Shown one piece after another: positions 1-8,245 of a DNA stretch of 24,000 nucleotides; positions within the stretch are counted from its first letter, which is position 1; every line of letters starts with the position of its first letter. Source of the DNA: Heyndrickxia vini (GTDB lineage: Bacteria > Bacillota > Bacilli > Bacillales > Bacillaceae_C). A program made the position numbers and the translations under genes. Below the pieces are notes generated by a model. The model had not been told where the DNA came from and did no database searches. It worked only from the letters and a program-made list of their open reading frames with translations. The stretch spans positions 1,680,653 to 1,704,652 of the forward strand of contig NZ_CP065425.1 of NCBI RefSeq assembly GCF_016772275.1. The letters run 5' to 3'.

Positions 1-211
1 ATCGTCTTGCGGCTTTTAGAAAAGCCCTTTTATTTCGATGAGAAGGACGTTTCCCAGACCATAATCGATAAATTAGATAAATACAACAAATAATAACAGC
101 CCAAATAAGTAATTGTTTAAATAATGCTCCGGGCTGTTGAAATACTTTTGATCCAAGCCCTATTAAAGCAAGTAGAAAAACTAATCCGATCAACCATTTT
201 TTTGCAACCAA
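1..211 (-). CDS. yqhP: YqhP / SA1362-family small membrane protein, N-terminal part (continues beyond window start)
   Basis: Minus strand is open from TTG at 211 to the window edge: LVAKKWLIGLVFLLALIGLGSKVFQQPGALFKQLLIWAVIICCIYLIYRLWSGKRPSHRNKRAFLKAARR. Perfect SD AAGGAGG (complement of 220-226) lies 8 nt upstream of the TTG. Two hydrophobic segments are followed by a basic tail. Adjacent to yqhQ as expected from synteny. Not in the supplied ORF track. Confidence 0.72.
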   Translation of the reverse strand, partial: MVAKKWLIGLVFLLALIGLGSKVFQQPGALFKQLLIWAVIICCIYLIYRLWSGKRPSHRNKRAFLKAARR

Positions 212-348
212 GAAAGCCACCTCCTTACGAGCATCATAAGCATTTTGTCCGCAAATTCATCCTTTTATACCATTTTTTTCACATAATTATTGGATTTCAA
301 ACATGCGAATAAAGATTTAGATAAATTCTAAGTTTAAAATGCTTCATG

Positions 349-1317
349 TTACATTTGCAAAGACTGTGAATCCTCTTTAGAAATTGTTTGATTTTCTTCT
401 ATTTTCAAAAGCTCATTAAAAGATGCTATCGCCACTTCAACTTGATCATCAGAAGGTTCTTTTGTTGTAAGTAACTGTAACCACAGACCAGGGTATCCTA
501 AATAACGGAGAACGGGTACTTCTCTCAATTTGTTTGTAAATTGAAGAACTTCAAAGGAAATTCCTAATACAACAGGTATTAATGCAATACGATCAACTAA
601 ACGTAGCCATAATGGATCAATTGGTACCAACATATAAACAAAGACACCAACGAATACGGTAAAAAGAATAAAGCTGCTTCCACAACGATAATGAAGTCTT
701 GACTGAGATTGGACATTTTCTACAGTAAGTTCTAAATTATTTTCAAATGTATTGATGACTTTATGCTCTGCACCATGATATTGAAACACACGCTTAATAA
801 GAGGTGTTAACGATACAAAGTAAATATAAACCAATAATAGGATTAGTTTTATTAATCCTTCAATAAGTACCTGGGCTATATCGCTTGAAAAGATTGGCTT
901 TGTGAATGATGCTAATATTGCAGGTACAAGTGTAAAAACAAATTTCCCAAAAAGAAATGATAGGACGCCAAGTGTAGCAACCCCTAAAATCATCGTCGTT
1001 TTAGAAACTTTTTCTTCTGCTAAATTTTCATCATTTTCAGGATCCCGATCATACCGTTCACTTGAAAAATTTAAATGTTGTGATCCATTTGCGCTCGCTT
1101 CAAGTATTGCAACAATCCCTCTTAAAAAAGGAATTTTTTTTAGCTTTTGCAATGTGGGGTGTGATTTTCTTGGTAAATAAAAATAATCAATTGTTTGATC
1201 TTTTCTACGAATTGCGGTAACAGTCTGGCTTTTTCCGCCAAACATTACTCCTTCTATTACAGCTTGCCCACCATATGAGGGCTTTTTTTGACTTTCCACT
1301 AATTTTTCACCAACCAT
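349..1317 (-). CDS. yqhQ: YqhQ, DUF1385-family membrane protein
   Basis: 322-aa ORF beginning MVGEKLVESQKKPSYGGQAVIEGVMFGG with internal FQYHGAEHKVINTFE and RCGSSF motifs typical of DUF1385 proteins; neighbour of yqhR/aroQ. Confidence 0.93.
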   Translation of the reverse strand: MVGEKLVESQKKPSYGGQAVIEGVMFGGKSQTVTAIRRKDQTIDYFYLPRKSHPTLQKLKKIPFLRGIVAILEASANGSQHLNFSSERYDRDPENDENLAEEKVSKTTMILGVATLGVLSFLFGKFVFTLVPAILASFTKPIFSSDIAQVLIEGLIKLILLLVYIYFVSLTPLIKRVFQYHGAEHKVINTFENNLELTVENVQSQSRLHYRCGSSFILFTVFVGVFVYMLVPIDPLWLRLVDRIALIPVVLGISFEVLQFTNKLREVPVLRYLGYPGLWLQLLTTKEPSDDQVEVAIASFNELLKIEENQTISKEDSQSLQM

Positions 1318-1427
1318 TTCTTTGAATGCAAGACTTATTAAGTTTATTTTACTAAAAAAACAAAATTACGACTAGCTACATTACTTGTGGTTATTCTATA
1401 AATATTACATGTATTTGGGGGTGCGTT

Positions 1428-1925
1428 ATGTCAAATCATAAAGATGAGGTAGAATTTCCAAAAATGTCTTTTCTGTTAATGGCTGTCACAACTGGGTTTG
1501 TCGGTGGAATATTATGGAGTTTAATTGGTTATTTATGTTATTATTTTAACTATTCTACAATCGAACCCAATATTTTATTAGAACCATTTACTGTAGGTAC
1601 TTGGAGAGAAAGTTGGATAGGGATCATTCTTACAATCATTTTGTATGGAATTATTTCAATCGGTGTAGCCTTAGTGTATTATATTCTATTAAAAAAATTG
1701 AATACAATGTGGGTCGGAATCGGTTATGGTTTCGTTCTATTTTTAGTTGTTTTTTTGATTTTAAATCCGATATTTCCTAGTATGAAGCCTTTTTTGCAAA
1801 ATGATATAAATACTTTAATTGCGGCTGCATGTGTTTACATCCTATATGGTCTTTTTATTGGATATTCAATTTCCTATGAACATAATGAAATAAAATATTT
1901 TAAAGAAAAAGAATTGAAGCGATAA
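1428..1925 (+). CDS. yqhR: YqhR-like conserved membrane protein
   Basis: 165-aa ORF with four hydrophobic segments; G-rich SD just upstream (gggggtgcgttATG); position between yqhQ and aroQ matches Bacillus gene order. Confidence 0.85.
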   Translation: MSNHKDEVEFPKMSFLLMAVTTGFVGGILWSLIGYLCYYFNYSTIEPNILLEPFTVGTWRESWIGIILTIILYGIISIGVALVYYILLKKLNTMWVGIGYGFVLFLVVFLILNPIFPSMKPFLQNDINTLIAAACVYILYGLFIGYSISYEHNEIKYFKEKELKR

Positions 1926-2001
1926 TATTTGTGATAAAATGTGTTGTGTAGAAAATTCATAACAATTTCTACAAATACCATTTTTAAAGGTGCGTTTGAT
2001 T

Positions 2002-2445
2002 ATGAAAATTTTATTATTAAATGGACCTAATTTAAATTTATTAGGTAAAAGAGAACCAAATGTTTATGGGAAGAATACGCTAAAAACTTTGTATCAACGC
2101 TTTAGTGAATTGGAAAAAGAATATAATGTTGAAGTAGTTTCGTTTCAATCCAATCATGAGGGTGAACTTATTGACAAATTACATGAAACAAGTGATGGAA
2201 ACTTTTTAGGGGTTATTTTCAATCCCGGCGCTTTTACCCATTATAGTTACGCAATTCGCGATGCCATTGCTTCAATTGATGTACCTGTAATTGAAGTGCA
2301 TATTTCAAATGTGCATAATCGAGAGGAATTCCGAAGGGAATCGGTCATTTCACCTGTGACTGCAGGACAAATTGTCGGATTAGGACTATTTGGTTATGAA
2401 TTAGCGTTAAAAGCATTAGTAGAATACATAGGTAAGGGAGAGTAA
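2002..2445 (+). CDS. aroQ: 3-dehydroquinate dehydratase, type II
   Basis: MKILLLNGPNLNLLGKREPNVYGKNTL..., VSFQSNHEGELIDKLH, FNPGAFTHYSYAIRDAI, EVHISNVHNREEFRR motifs. ATG at 2002 preferred over the GTG at 1990 because AAAGG at 1986-1990 serves as SD and the family begins MKILLLNGPN. Confidence 0.96.
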   Translation: MKILLLNGPNLNLLGKREPNVYGKNTLKTLYQRFSELEKEYNVEVVSFQSNHEGELIDKLHETSDGNFLGVIFNPGAFTHYSYAIRDAIASIDVPVIEVHISNVHNREEFRRESVISPVTAGQIVGLGLFGYELALKALVEYIGKGE

Positions 2446-2448
2446 AGA

Positions 2449-3510
2449 ATGCAAAAACTAGAGAAACTACGCAATCAATTTTCTAAGCAAGGAATTGATG
2501 GAATTTTAATTACAAGTCCATACAATCGGCGATATATGACTAATTTTACAGGAACAGCTGGTGTTGTACTAATTTCTGAAACACAAGCACTTTTTATTAC
2601 TGATTTTCGTTACGTAGAACAAGCCTCAAAACAAGCCCAAGGTTTTGAAATTATTCAACATAAAGGAATTATCCATGAGGAAATTGCACAGCAGCTTGTT
2701 GCACTGGGAATTAAAAAACTTGGATTTGAACAGGACTACGTGAACTATTCCGATTATACTCTTTATGAGAAAGCTTTTTCTGTAGATTTAGTTCCGGTTT
2801 CGCGTTTAATTGAAAATTTACGCTTGATTAAGACTGAATCAGAGATTAAGATATTAAAGGAAGCAGCCGACATTGCTGATGCTGCATTTAAACATATATT
2901 AGATTATATTAAGCCTGGTGTTACGGAGCTTGAAGTATCCAATGAACTTGAGTTTTTCATGAGAAAAGCAGGTGCAACTTCTTCATCTTTCGATACTATT
3001 GTTGCTTCTGGAACAAGATCTGCACTTCCGCATGGGGTTGCCTCCGATAAAGTAATTGAAAAAGGCGATTTTGTTACTTTGGACTACGGTGCCCTTCATA
3101 AAGGATATGTTTCTGATATTACTCGTACTGTCGCGGTAGGCGAACCATCAGATAAGTTGAAAGAAATTTACGATGTTGTTTTAGAATCACAATTGCTCGC
3201 TATGGAAAAAATTAAACCAGGAATGACAGGTATTGAAGCTGATGCTATTGCCAGAAATTATATTTCTGAAAAAGGGTACGGTGAATACTTTGGTCATTCC
3301 CTTGGACATGGAATTGGTCTAGAAGTTCATGAAGGACCTGCATTATCAGTAAGATCTGATATTGTCCTGCAACCTGGTATGGTTGTGACTGTTGAACCAG
3401 GGATTTATTTACCTGGTGTTGGTGGAGTTCGCATTGAAGATGACACTTTAATAACAGAGGATTCGAATGAAAAGTTAACTCATTCAACTAAAGACTTAAT
3501 TATTCTTTAA
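2449..3510 (+). CDS. yqhT: M24-family Xaa-Pro aminopeptidase/dipeptidase
   Basis: 353-aa ORF; pita-bread metallopeptidase motifs (FVTLDYGALHKGYVSDITRTVAVG, GHSLGHGIGLEVHEGP, VVTVEPGIYLPGVGGVRIEDD). SD gggagag upstream. Confidence 0.94.
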   Translation: MQKLEKLRNQFSKQGIDGILITSPYNRRYMTNFTGTAGVVLISETQALFITDFRYVEQASKQAQGFEIIQHKGIIHEEIAQQLVALGIKKLGFEQDYVNYSDYTLYEKAFSVDLVPVSRLIENLRLIKTESEIKILKEAADIADAAFKHILDYIKPGVTELEVSNELEFFMRKAGATSSSFDTIVASGTRSALPHGVASDKVIEKGDFVTLDYGALHKGYVSDITRTVAVGEPSDKLKEIYDVVLESQLLAMEKIKPGMTGIEADAIARNYISEKGYGEYFGHSLGHGIGLEVHEGPALSVRSDIVLQPGMVVTVEPGIYLPGVGGVRIEDDTLITEDSNEKLTHSTKDLIIL

Positions 3511-3531
3511 TATGATTTTGAACCTCAGTAC

Positions 3532-3552
3532 ATTAAGGAACGATTCCTTAAT
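3532..3552. promoter_or_regulatory. Perfect 9-bp hairpin (ATTAAGGAA-cga-TTCCTTAAT) in the yqhT-efp intergenic region
   Basis: ATTAAGGAA at 3532-3540 and TTCCTTAAT at 3544-3552 are exact reverse complements; not followed by a T-run. Confidence 0.6.
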
Positions 3553-3579
3553 TCTGAATAAATAGGAGGAAGAAACAAC

Positions 3580-4137
3580 ATGATATCAGTTAATGATTTT
3601 CGAACTGGTTTAACAATCGAAGTAGATGGCGGAATATGGAGAGTAATGGACTTCCAACATGTTAAACCTGGTAAAGGTGCAGCGTTCGTTCGCTCTAAAT
3701 TACGTAACTTAAGAACCGGTGCCATTCAAGAAAAAACTTTCCGTGCGGGAGAAAAAGTAGGAAAGGCACAAATTGATAATCGCAGAATGCAATATCTTTA
3801 TGCAAGCGGAGATCAACACGTATTTATGGACAACGAATCATACGAACAAATTGAATTAAGTTCGGCAGCAATTGATTATGAATTGAAGTTTCTTAAAGAA
3901 AATATGGAAGTACACATTATGATGTACCAAGGGGAAACGCTTGGGGTTGAACTTCCAAACACAGTAGAACTTACAGTAACTGAAACAGAACCAGGAATTA
4001 AAGGAGATACTGCTTCAGGCGGTTCGAAACCTGCAACAGTTGAAACTGGTTTAATTGTTCAAGTTCCTTTCTTCGTGAACGAAGGAGATAAATTAATTGT
4101 TAATACAACAGACGGTTCGTACGTTTCACGTGCATAA
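3580..4137 (+). CDS. efp: Elongation factor P
   Basis: [44 protein letters not shown]..., conserved Lys32 loop (HVKPGKG). SD ataggagg 5' of ATG. Confidence 0.98.
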   Translation: MISVNDFRTGLTIEVDGGIWRVMDFQHVKPGKGAAFVRSKLRNLRTGAIQEKTFRAGEKVGKAQIDNRRMQYLYASGDQHVFMDNESYEQIELSSAAIDYELKFLKENMEVHIMMYQGETLGVELPNTVELTVTETEPGIKGDTASGGSKPATVETGLIVQVPFFVNEGDKLIVNTTDGSYVSRA

Positions 4138-4147
4138 ACGGAAGTGT

Positions 4148-4193
4148 AAAGCTGTTCAAAAGGTTTAAATAACCTTTTGAACAGCTTTTTTTT
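4148..4193 (+). terminator. Rho-independent terminator downstream of efp
   Basis: AAAGCTGTTCAAAAGGTT-taaat-AACCTTTTGAACAGCTTT followed by a T-run. Confidence 0.93.
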
Positions 4194-4204
4194 ATTCTAT
4201 TTTA

Positions 4205-4234
4205 GTCATACTCCTTTGTAGTGTGAATACATAT
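4205..4234 (+). promoter_or_regulatory. Candidate SigE-type promoter for the spoIIIA operon
   Basis: -35-like TCATACT (4206-4212) matches SigE KMATATT at 6/7; 13 nt later AATACATA (4226-4233) resembles SigE -10 CATACAHT. Located between the efp terminator and spoIIIAA. Confidence 0.6.
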
Positions 4235-4303
4235 TAATATTGGGAGATATGTACAAGCATTTGAAAAAAATTATAAGAGCAGCAACATAAGGAGGAACGA
4301 ACG

Positions 4304-5233
4304 TTGGAAAATATTCTTGCATTCTTACCAAAACCAATTTCAGAAAAAATCCGCGAATTGCCAGCTCCCATTTTAAATACAATGGAGGAAATAAGAATCC
4401 GAATAAGCCGGCCACTGGAAGTTTCGACAAGAGGGAAACCGTATTTCCTTCCATACCTGGTTTCTGAACAAGATGCAGAGCAATTAATTAATAAGCTAGC
4501 TAATTATTCGTTTTATACATTAGAAGAGGAATTACAAAAAGGGTACATCACAATTCCGGGTGGTCATCGGGTTGGATTAGCAGGAAAGGTCATTCTTGAA
4601 AATGGATCAGTGAAAGCAATTAGAAATTTAGCATCCTTTAATTTTAGAATTGCAAGAGAAAAAATCGGCATTTCAGAACCTTTCCTTCCATTTCTTTATC
4701 AGGGTAAATGGAAACATACGATGATCATTGGCGCCCCACAAACAGGGAAAACAACCTTGTTACGAGATATTGCTAGATTGATTTCAACCGGAAGTAAAGA
4801 AAAAGAAATTCCTCCATTAAAAGTAGGAATAGTCGATGAGCGCTCCGAAATCGCCGGTTGTGTACGTGGGATTCCTCAATTAACCTTCGGTCCGAGGATT
4901 GACATTTTAGACGCTTGTCCAAAAGCGGAAGGAATGATGATGCTTATTCGTTCGATGAGTCCGGATGTTCTCGTTGTGGATGAAATAGGCAGGGAAGAAG
5001 ATAGCGTCGCGATTATGGAAGCGATTAATGCGGGAATTACATTGATTATGACTACACATGGAAATTCATTCGAAGAGATAAAAAAACGGCCAATATTAAG
5101 GGGAATTTTGGATCAGCATGTATTTGAAAATTACCTTGAACTTTCCAGAAGAAATGGCCCTGGAACAATTAAAAAGTTTCTTGATGGGTATGGCAATGAA
5201 AAGAAAATTAAAGCTGGTGTTATGAGTGGTTAG
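4304..5233 (+). CDS. spoIIIAA: Stage III sporulation protein AA (SpoIIIAA), AAA/secretion-type ATPase
   Basis: 309-aa ORF from TTG with upstream ggagg SD; Walker A GAPQTGKTTLLRD, Walker B VLVVDEIG; FGPRIDILDACPKAEGMMMLIRSMSPDV motif; first gene of the spoIIIA operon. Confidence 0.97.
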   Translation: MENILAFLPKPISEKIRELPAPILNTMEEIRIRISRPLEVSTRGKPYFLPYLVSEQDAEQLINKLANYSFYTLEEELQKGYITIPGGHRVGLAGKVILENGSVKAIRNLASFNFRIAREKIGISEPFLPFLYQGKWKHTMIIGAPQTGKTTLLRDIARLISTGSKEKEIPPLKVGIVDERSEIAGCVRGIPQLTFGPRIDILDACPKAEGMMMLIRSMSPDVLVVDEIGREEDSVAIMEAINAGITLIMTTHGNSFEEIKKRPILRGILDQHVFENYLELSRRNGPGTIKKFLDGYGNEKKIKAGVMSG

Positions 5234-5741
5234 TGTGATTGGAGCTATATTTATTATTCTATCTACAACATGGGTAGGGTTTGAACTTTCAAGACATTTA
5301 AGTGAGAGACCGAAGCAGTTAAGGATGCTACGCACAGCTTTACAATCATTAGAAGCGGAAATCATGTATGGTCACACACCTCTACACGAGGCGTCAAGAA
5401 AATTAGCTGCACAATTACCTAGACCAATCTCCATTATTTTTGAGAGATTCTCACAAAAATTAACGACTATGGAAACGACGGTTAAAAAAGCTTGGGAAGA
5501 AAGCTTACAGGAAATTTGGAAAATTACTGCATTAAAAAAAAGTGAATACGAAATCCTCATTCAATTTGGTGAAACATTAGGAAAGCATGATCGTGTAACT
5601 GAACAAAAGCAAATTATTCTCACATTAACACATTTGGAACGTGAGGAGTCAGAGGCACGGGATAGACAACAAAAATATGAAAAAATGATGAAAAGCTTAG
5701 GTTTTCTTTCGGGTCTTTTAATCGTAATTTTGCTTTTGTAG
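5226..5741 (+). CDS. spoIIIAB: SpoIIIAB (GspF/T2SS-like sporulation protein)
   Basis: 171-aa ORF overlapping spoIIIAA by 8 nt; IFIILSTTWVGFELSRHLSERPKQLRMLRTALQSLEAEIMYGHTPLHEA; C-terminal TM segment. Confidence 0.95.
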   Translation: MVSVIGAIFIILSTTWVGFELSRHLSERPKQLRMLRTALQSLEAEIMYGHTPLHEASRKLAAQLPRPISIIFERFSQKLTTMETTVKKAWEESLQEIWKITALKKSEYEILIQFGETLGKHDRVTEQKQIILTLTHLEREESEARDRQQKYEKMMKSLGFLSGLLIVILLL

Positions 5742-5753
5742 GAGGAATAAGTT

Positions 5754-5960
5754 GTGGGGATAGATGTAGATGTAATCTTTAAAATAGCTGGAGTCGGTAT
5801 TGTCGTTGCATTTTTGCACACGATTTTAGATCAAGTTGGAAAAAAGGAATATGCTCAATGGGTTACATTATTTGGGTTTTTATATATTTTATTTTTAGTA
5901 GCTTCAATCGTCGATGATTTATTTCAAAAAATAAAGTCGGTCTTCCTATTTCAAGGCTAG
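5754..5960 (+). CDS. spoIIIAC: SpoIIIAC
   Basis: 68-aa ORF from GTG with ggagg SD; DVIFKIAGVGIVVAFLHTILDQVGKKEYAQWVTLFGFLYILFLV. Confidence 0.95.
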   Translation: MGIDVDVIFKIAGVGIVVAFLHTILDQVGKKEYAQWVTLFGFLYILFLVASIVDDLFQKIKSVFLFQG

Positions 5961-5974
5961 AGGAGGGATTAAGG

Positions 5975-6367
5975 ATTGAAATCTTAAAAATAGTAGGGAT
6001 TGCCTTAATCACAACTTTTCTTGCATTAATCATTAAAGAACAGAAACCTAATTTTGCATTTTTATTAGTGTTATTTGTCGGTTGTGCGATTTTTATTTAT
6101 TTAGTAGATCAAGTTTACGCGATTATACAGATGGTAGAACGAATTGCTGCCAATGCGAACGTCAATACGATCTATGTAAAAACAATCCTAAAAATTATTG
6201 GCATAGCATATATTGCTGAATTTGCTTCACATATTTCAAAAGATGCTGGGCAAGGGGCTATGGCTGCAAAGGTTGAACTAGCAGGGAAAATATTAATCTT
6301 AGCAATGGCAATACCCATTTTGACGGTGTTAATCGAAACTGTCATTAATTTAGTTCCGAAAGGATAG
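5975..6367 (+). CDS. spoIIIAD: SpoIIIAD, probable non-canonical ATT start codon
   Basis: The supplied ORF (GTG at 6068) lacks 31 conserved codons. Upstream in-frame translation IEILKIVGIALITTFLALIIKEQKPNFAFLL matches the SpoIIIAD N-terminus. SD AGAGGAGGG at 5959-5967 is about 8 nt before ATT (5975). No ATG/GTG/TTG occurs in this frame between the upstream in-frame stop (5915-5917) and 6068. Confidence 0.88.
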   Translation: MEILKIVGIALITTFLALIIKEQKPNFAFLLVLFVGCAIFIYLVDQVYAIIQMVERIAANANVNTIYVKTILKIIGIAYIAEFASHISKDAGQGAMAAKVELAGKILILAMAIPILTVLIETVINLVPKG

Positions 6368-6390
6368 ACCGAGTGATGAGGTGAAAAAAT

Positions 6391-7575
6391 TTGCGGCAAT
6401 GGTTCCCGATTTTCACTATACTACTGATTTTTTTTATTGGACAAGATACCGTTCATGCGGCCACTTCGAGCGAAAACAATTCTACCATTCAGGACGAGCT
6501 TGTTGAAAAACAGATGAACGATTTAGGTGTAAATGAATTAAAACAGTATTGGGAAAAAATCATCGATGAATATGGTGGTTATTTACCCGATAGCCAAAAA
6601 GGAAGTTTAATTGATTTTATTAAAGGTGAAAAAGACTTTTCATTAAATCAATGGTTTCATGGAATCTTAAAATTTTTCTTCCATGAACTGATAGCCAATG
6701 GTAAATTGCTGGGATCGTTAATTATTTTAACTATTTTTAGTATGTTTCTTCAGTCACTTCATAATGCATTTGAACAGGGGACAATAAGTAAGGTTGCCTA
6801 TGCGATCGTATTTATTGTAATTATTATTTTAGCTTTAAATAGTTTTCATGTAGCAATTGATTACGCCAAAAATGCCATAACGATGATGATTAACTTTATT
6901 GTAGCGATTATTCCTCTTTTATTGGCATTAATATCAACCTCTGGCGGTGTTACTTCAGCGGCATTTTTTCATCCAGTTATTCTCTTTCTCATGAATACTA
7001 GCGGTATTCTCGTACAGTATATCGTCCTACCATTATTATTATTGTCTACTGTTCTAAGTATCGTTAGCACATTATCAGAATATAAAGCAACACAATTAGC
7101 GCAATTATTAAGAAACTGTAGCATTGGATTACTTGGAATCTTTATGACGATATTTTTAGGAGTTATATCCGTCCAAGGAACAGCATCTGCAGTTGCAGAT
7201 GGAATTACAATACGAACAGCTAAATTCGTTACCGGAAATTTTATCCCAGTCGTGGGAAGGATGTTTACGGACGCTGCTGATACAGTCATCAGTGCTTCTG
7301 TATTATTGAAAAATACTTTAGGAATCGCGGGGGTAGCGATCGTTCTTATTATCGCAGCATTTCCTGCAATTAAAATTTTAGTCCTTGCCTTTATGTTTAA
7401 ATTTACAGCGGCAATTATACAGCCGATTGGCAATGGTCCTGTCATACGTTGTCTGGATACAATCAGCAAAAATATGGTCTTTGTTTTTGCAGCATTAGCC
7501 ATTGTCGCGTTTATGTTTTTTTTAAGTATCACAATTATTATTACAGCCGGAAATATTACAATCATGATGCGCTAA
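6391..7575 (+). CDS. spoIIIAE: SpoIIIAE
   Basis: 394-aa ORF from TTG (SD gaggtga); signal-like N-terminus and multiple TM helices; order within spoIIIA operon. Confidence 0.95.
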   Translation: MRQWFPIFTILLIFFIGQDTVHAATSSENNSTIQDELVEKQMNDLGVNELKQYWEKIIDEYGGYLPDSQKGSLIDFIKGEKDFSLNQWFHGILKFFFHELIANGKLLGSLIILTIFSMFLQSLHNAFEQGTISKVAYAIVFIVIIILALNSFHVAIDYAKNAITMMINFIVAIIPLLLALISTSGGVTSAAFFHPVILFLMNTSGILVQYIVLPLLLLSTVLSIVSTLSEYKATQLAQLLRNCSIGLLGIFMTIFLGVISVQGTASAVADGITIRTAKFVTGNFIPVVGRMFTDAADTVISASVLLKNTLGIAGVAIVLIIAAFPAIKILVLAFMFKFTAAIIQPIGNGPVIRCLDTISKNMVFVFAALAIVAFMFFLSITIIITAGNITIMMR

Positions 7576-7615
7576 ATTAAAGTAAATACTTGTCATTTGG
7601 GGAGGGGTGACGTTT

Positions 7616-8245
7616 TTGTCTTTTATTACTGAATGGATTATGAATATTGTTGTATTCATCTTACTAGCGATGATTGTCGATATGCTCCTACCAAACTCGG
7701 CAATGAAAAAATATACAAAAATGGTTACCGGTCTGTTGTTAATTGCCATTATTTTAACCCCTCTTCTAAAAGTGGTAGCGAAAGATTTTGATCAGGTTGT
7801 TGCATCGTTTTCAAACAAAAAAATAATAGACAATAATAAAATAGAAAATTTAATAGAATCGAAAAAAAAAGAAATACAAGCGGGACAAGTTGAATATACA
7901 TTAGAACAAGTGGGTGAAAAAATGAAAAATGATGTCAAAGAGGAGTTGATAGACAGATTTGATAAGGATATTCAACAAATAAAGATAGATTCTAAAGATC
8001 AAGTTGCAGAAAACGAAAATCCGATAGAAAAAGTGATTGTTTATTTAGGAGAAGCAAAGAAAGAAGATTCCGTTCCAATCATTAAACCAGTTGATATCAG
8101 CATAGGGGAAGAAGAGCCGAAAGTAGGGGTGGATAGTAGAGAAAATGAAAGCATATTATCAATGCTATCCGAACGCTGGGGAATAACTCCCGACCAAATT
8201 GAACTCCATAATGGAGAGGGGGTTCTAAATCAAAATGAGCAATAA
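7616..8245 (+). CDS. spoIIIAF: SpoIIIAF
   Basis: MSFITEWIMNIVVFILLAMIVDMLLPNSAMKKYTKMVTGLLLI... TTG at 7616 preferred to the track GTG at 7607 because GGAGGGG (~7601-7607) then has an 8-nt spacer and the protein begins as SpoIIIAF. Confidence 0.92.
   Translation: MSFITEWIMNIVVFILLAMIVDMLLPNSAMKKYTKMVTGLLLIAIILTPLLKVVAKDFDQVVASFSNKKIIDNNKIENLIESKKKEIQAGQVEYTLEQVGEKMKNDVKEELIDRFDKDIQQIKIDSKDQVAENENPIEKVIVYLGEAKKEDSVPIIKPVDISIGEEEPKVGVDSRENESILSMLSERWGITPDQIELHNGEGVLNQNEQ

Noticed and set aside
1-93. Plus-strand open frame at the window start (IVLRLLEKPFYFDEKDVSQTIIDKLDKYNK*)
   Set aside because: Overlaps the better supported minus-strand TTG-started YqhP-like frame with a perfect SD; only 30 codons with no recognisable domain.
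124-312. 62-aa plus-strand ORF
   Set aside because: No convincing SD; partly antisense to the YqhP-like gene and its leader; non-protein-like composition.
902-1180. 92-aa plus-strand ORF
   Set aside because: Entirely antisense within yqhQ, whose protein is strongly conserved.
3245-3487. Minus ORFs 3245-3487 and 3525-3725
   Set aside because: Shadow frames across yqhT and the yqhT-efp junction/efp start; no family features.
4206-4454. 82-aa minus ORF across the spoIIIA promoter and the spoIIIAA start
   Set aside because: Antisense to spoIIIAA and includes the SigE-like promoter; no homology recognised.
5976-5987. TTG at 5976 as the start of spoIIIAD
   Set aside because: Out of frame: TTG AAA TCT TAA terminates after three codons. 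The conserved frame begins at ATT 5975.
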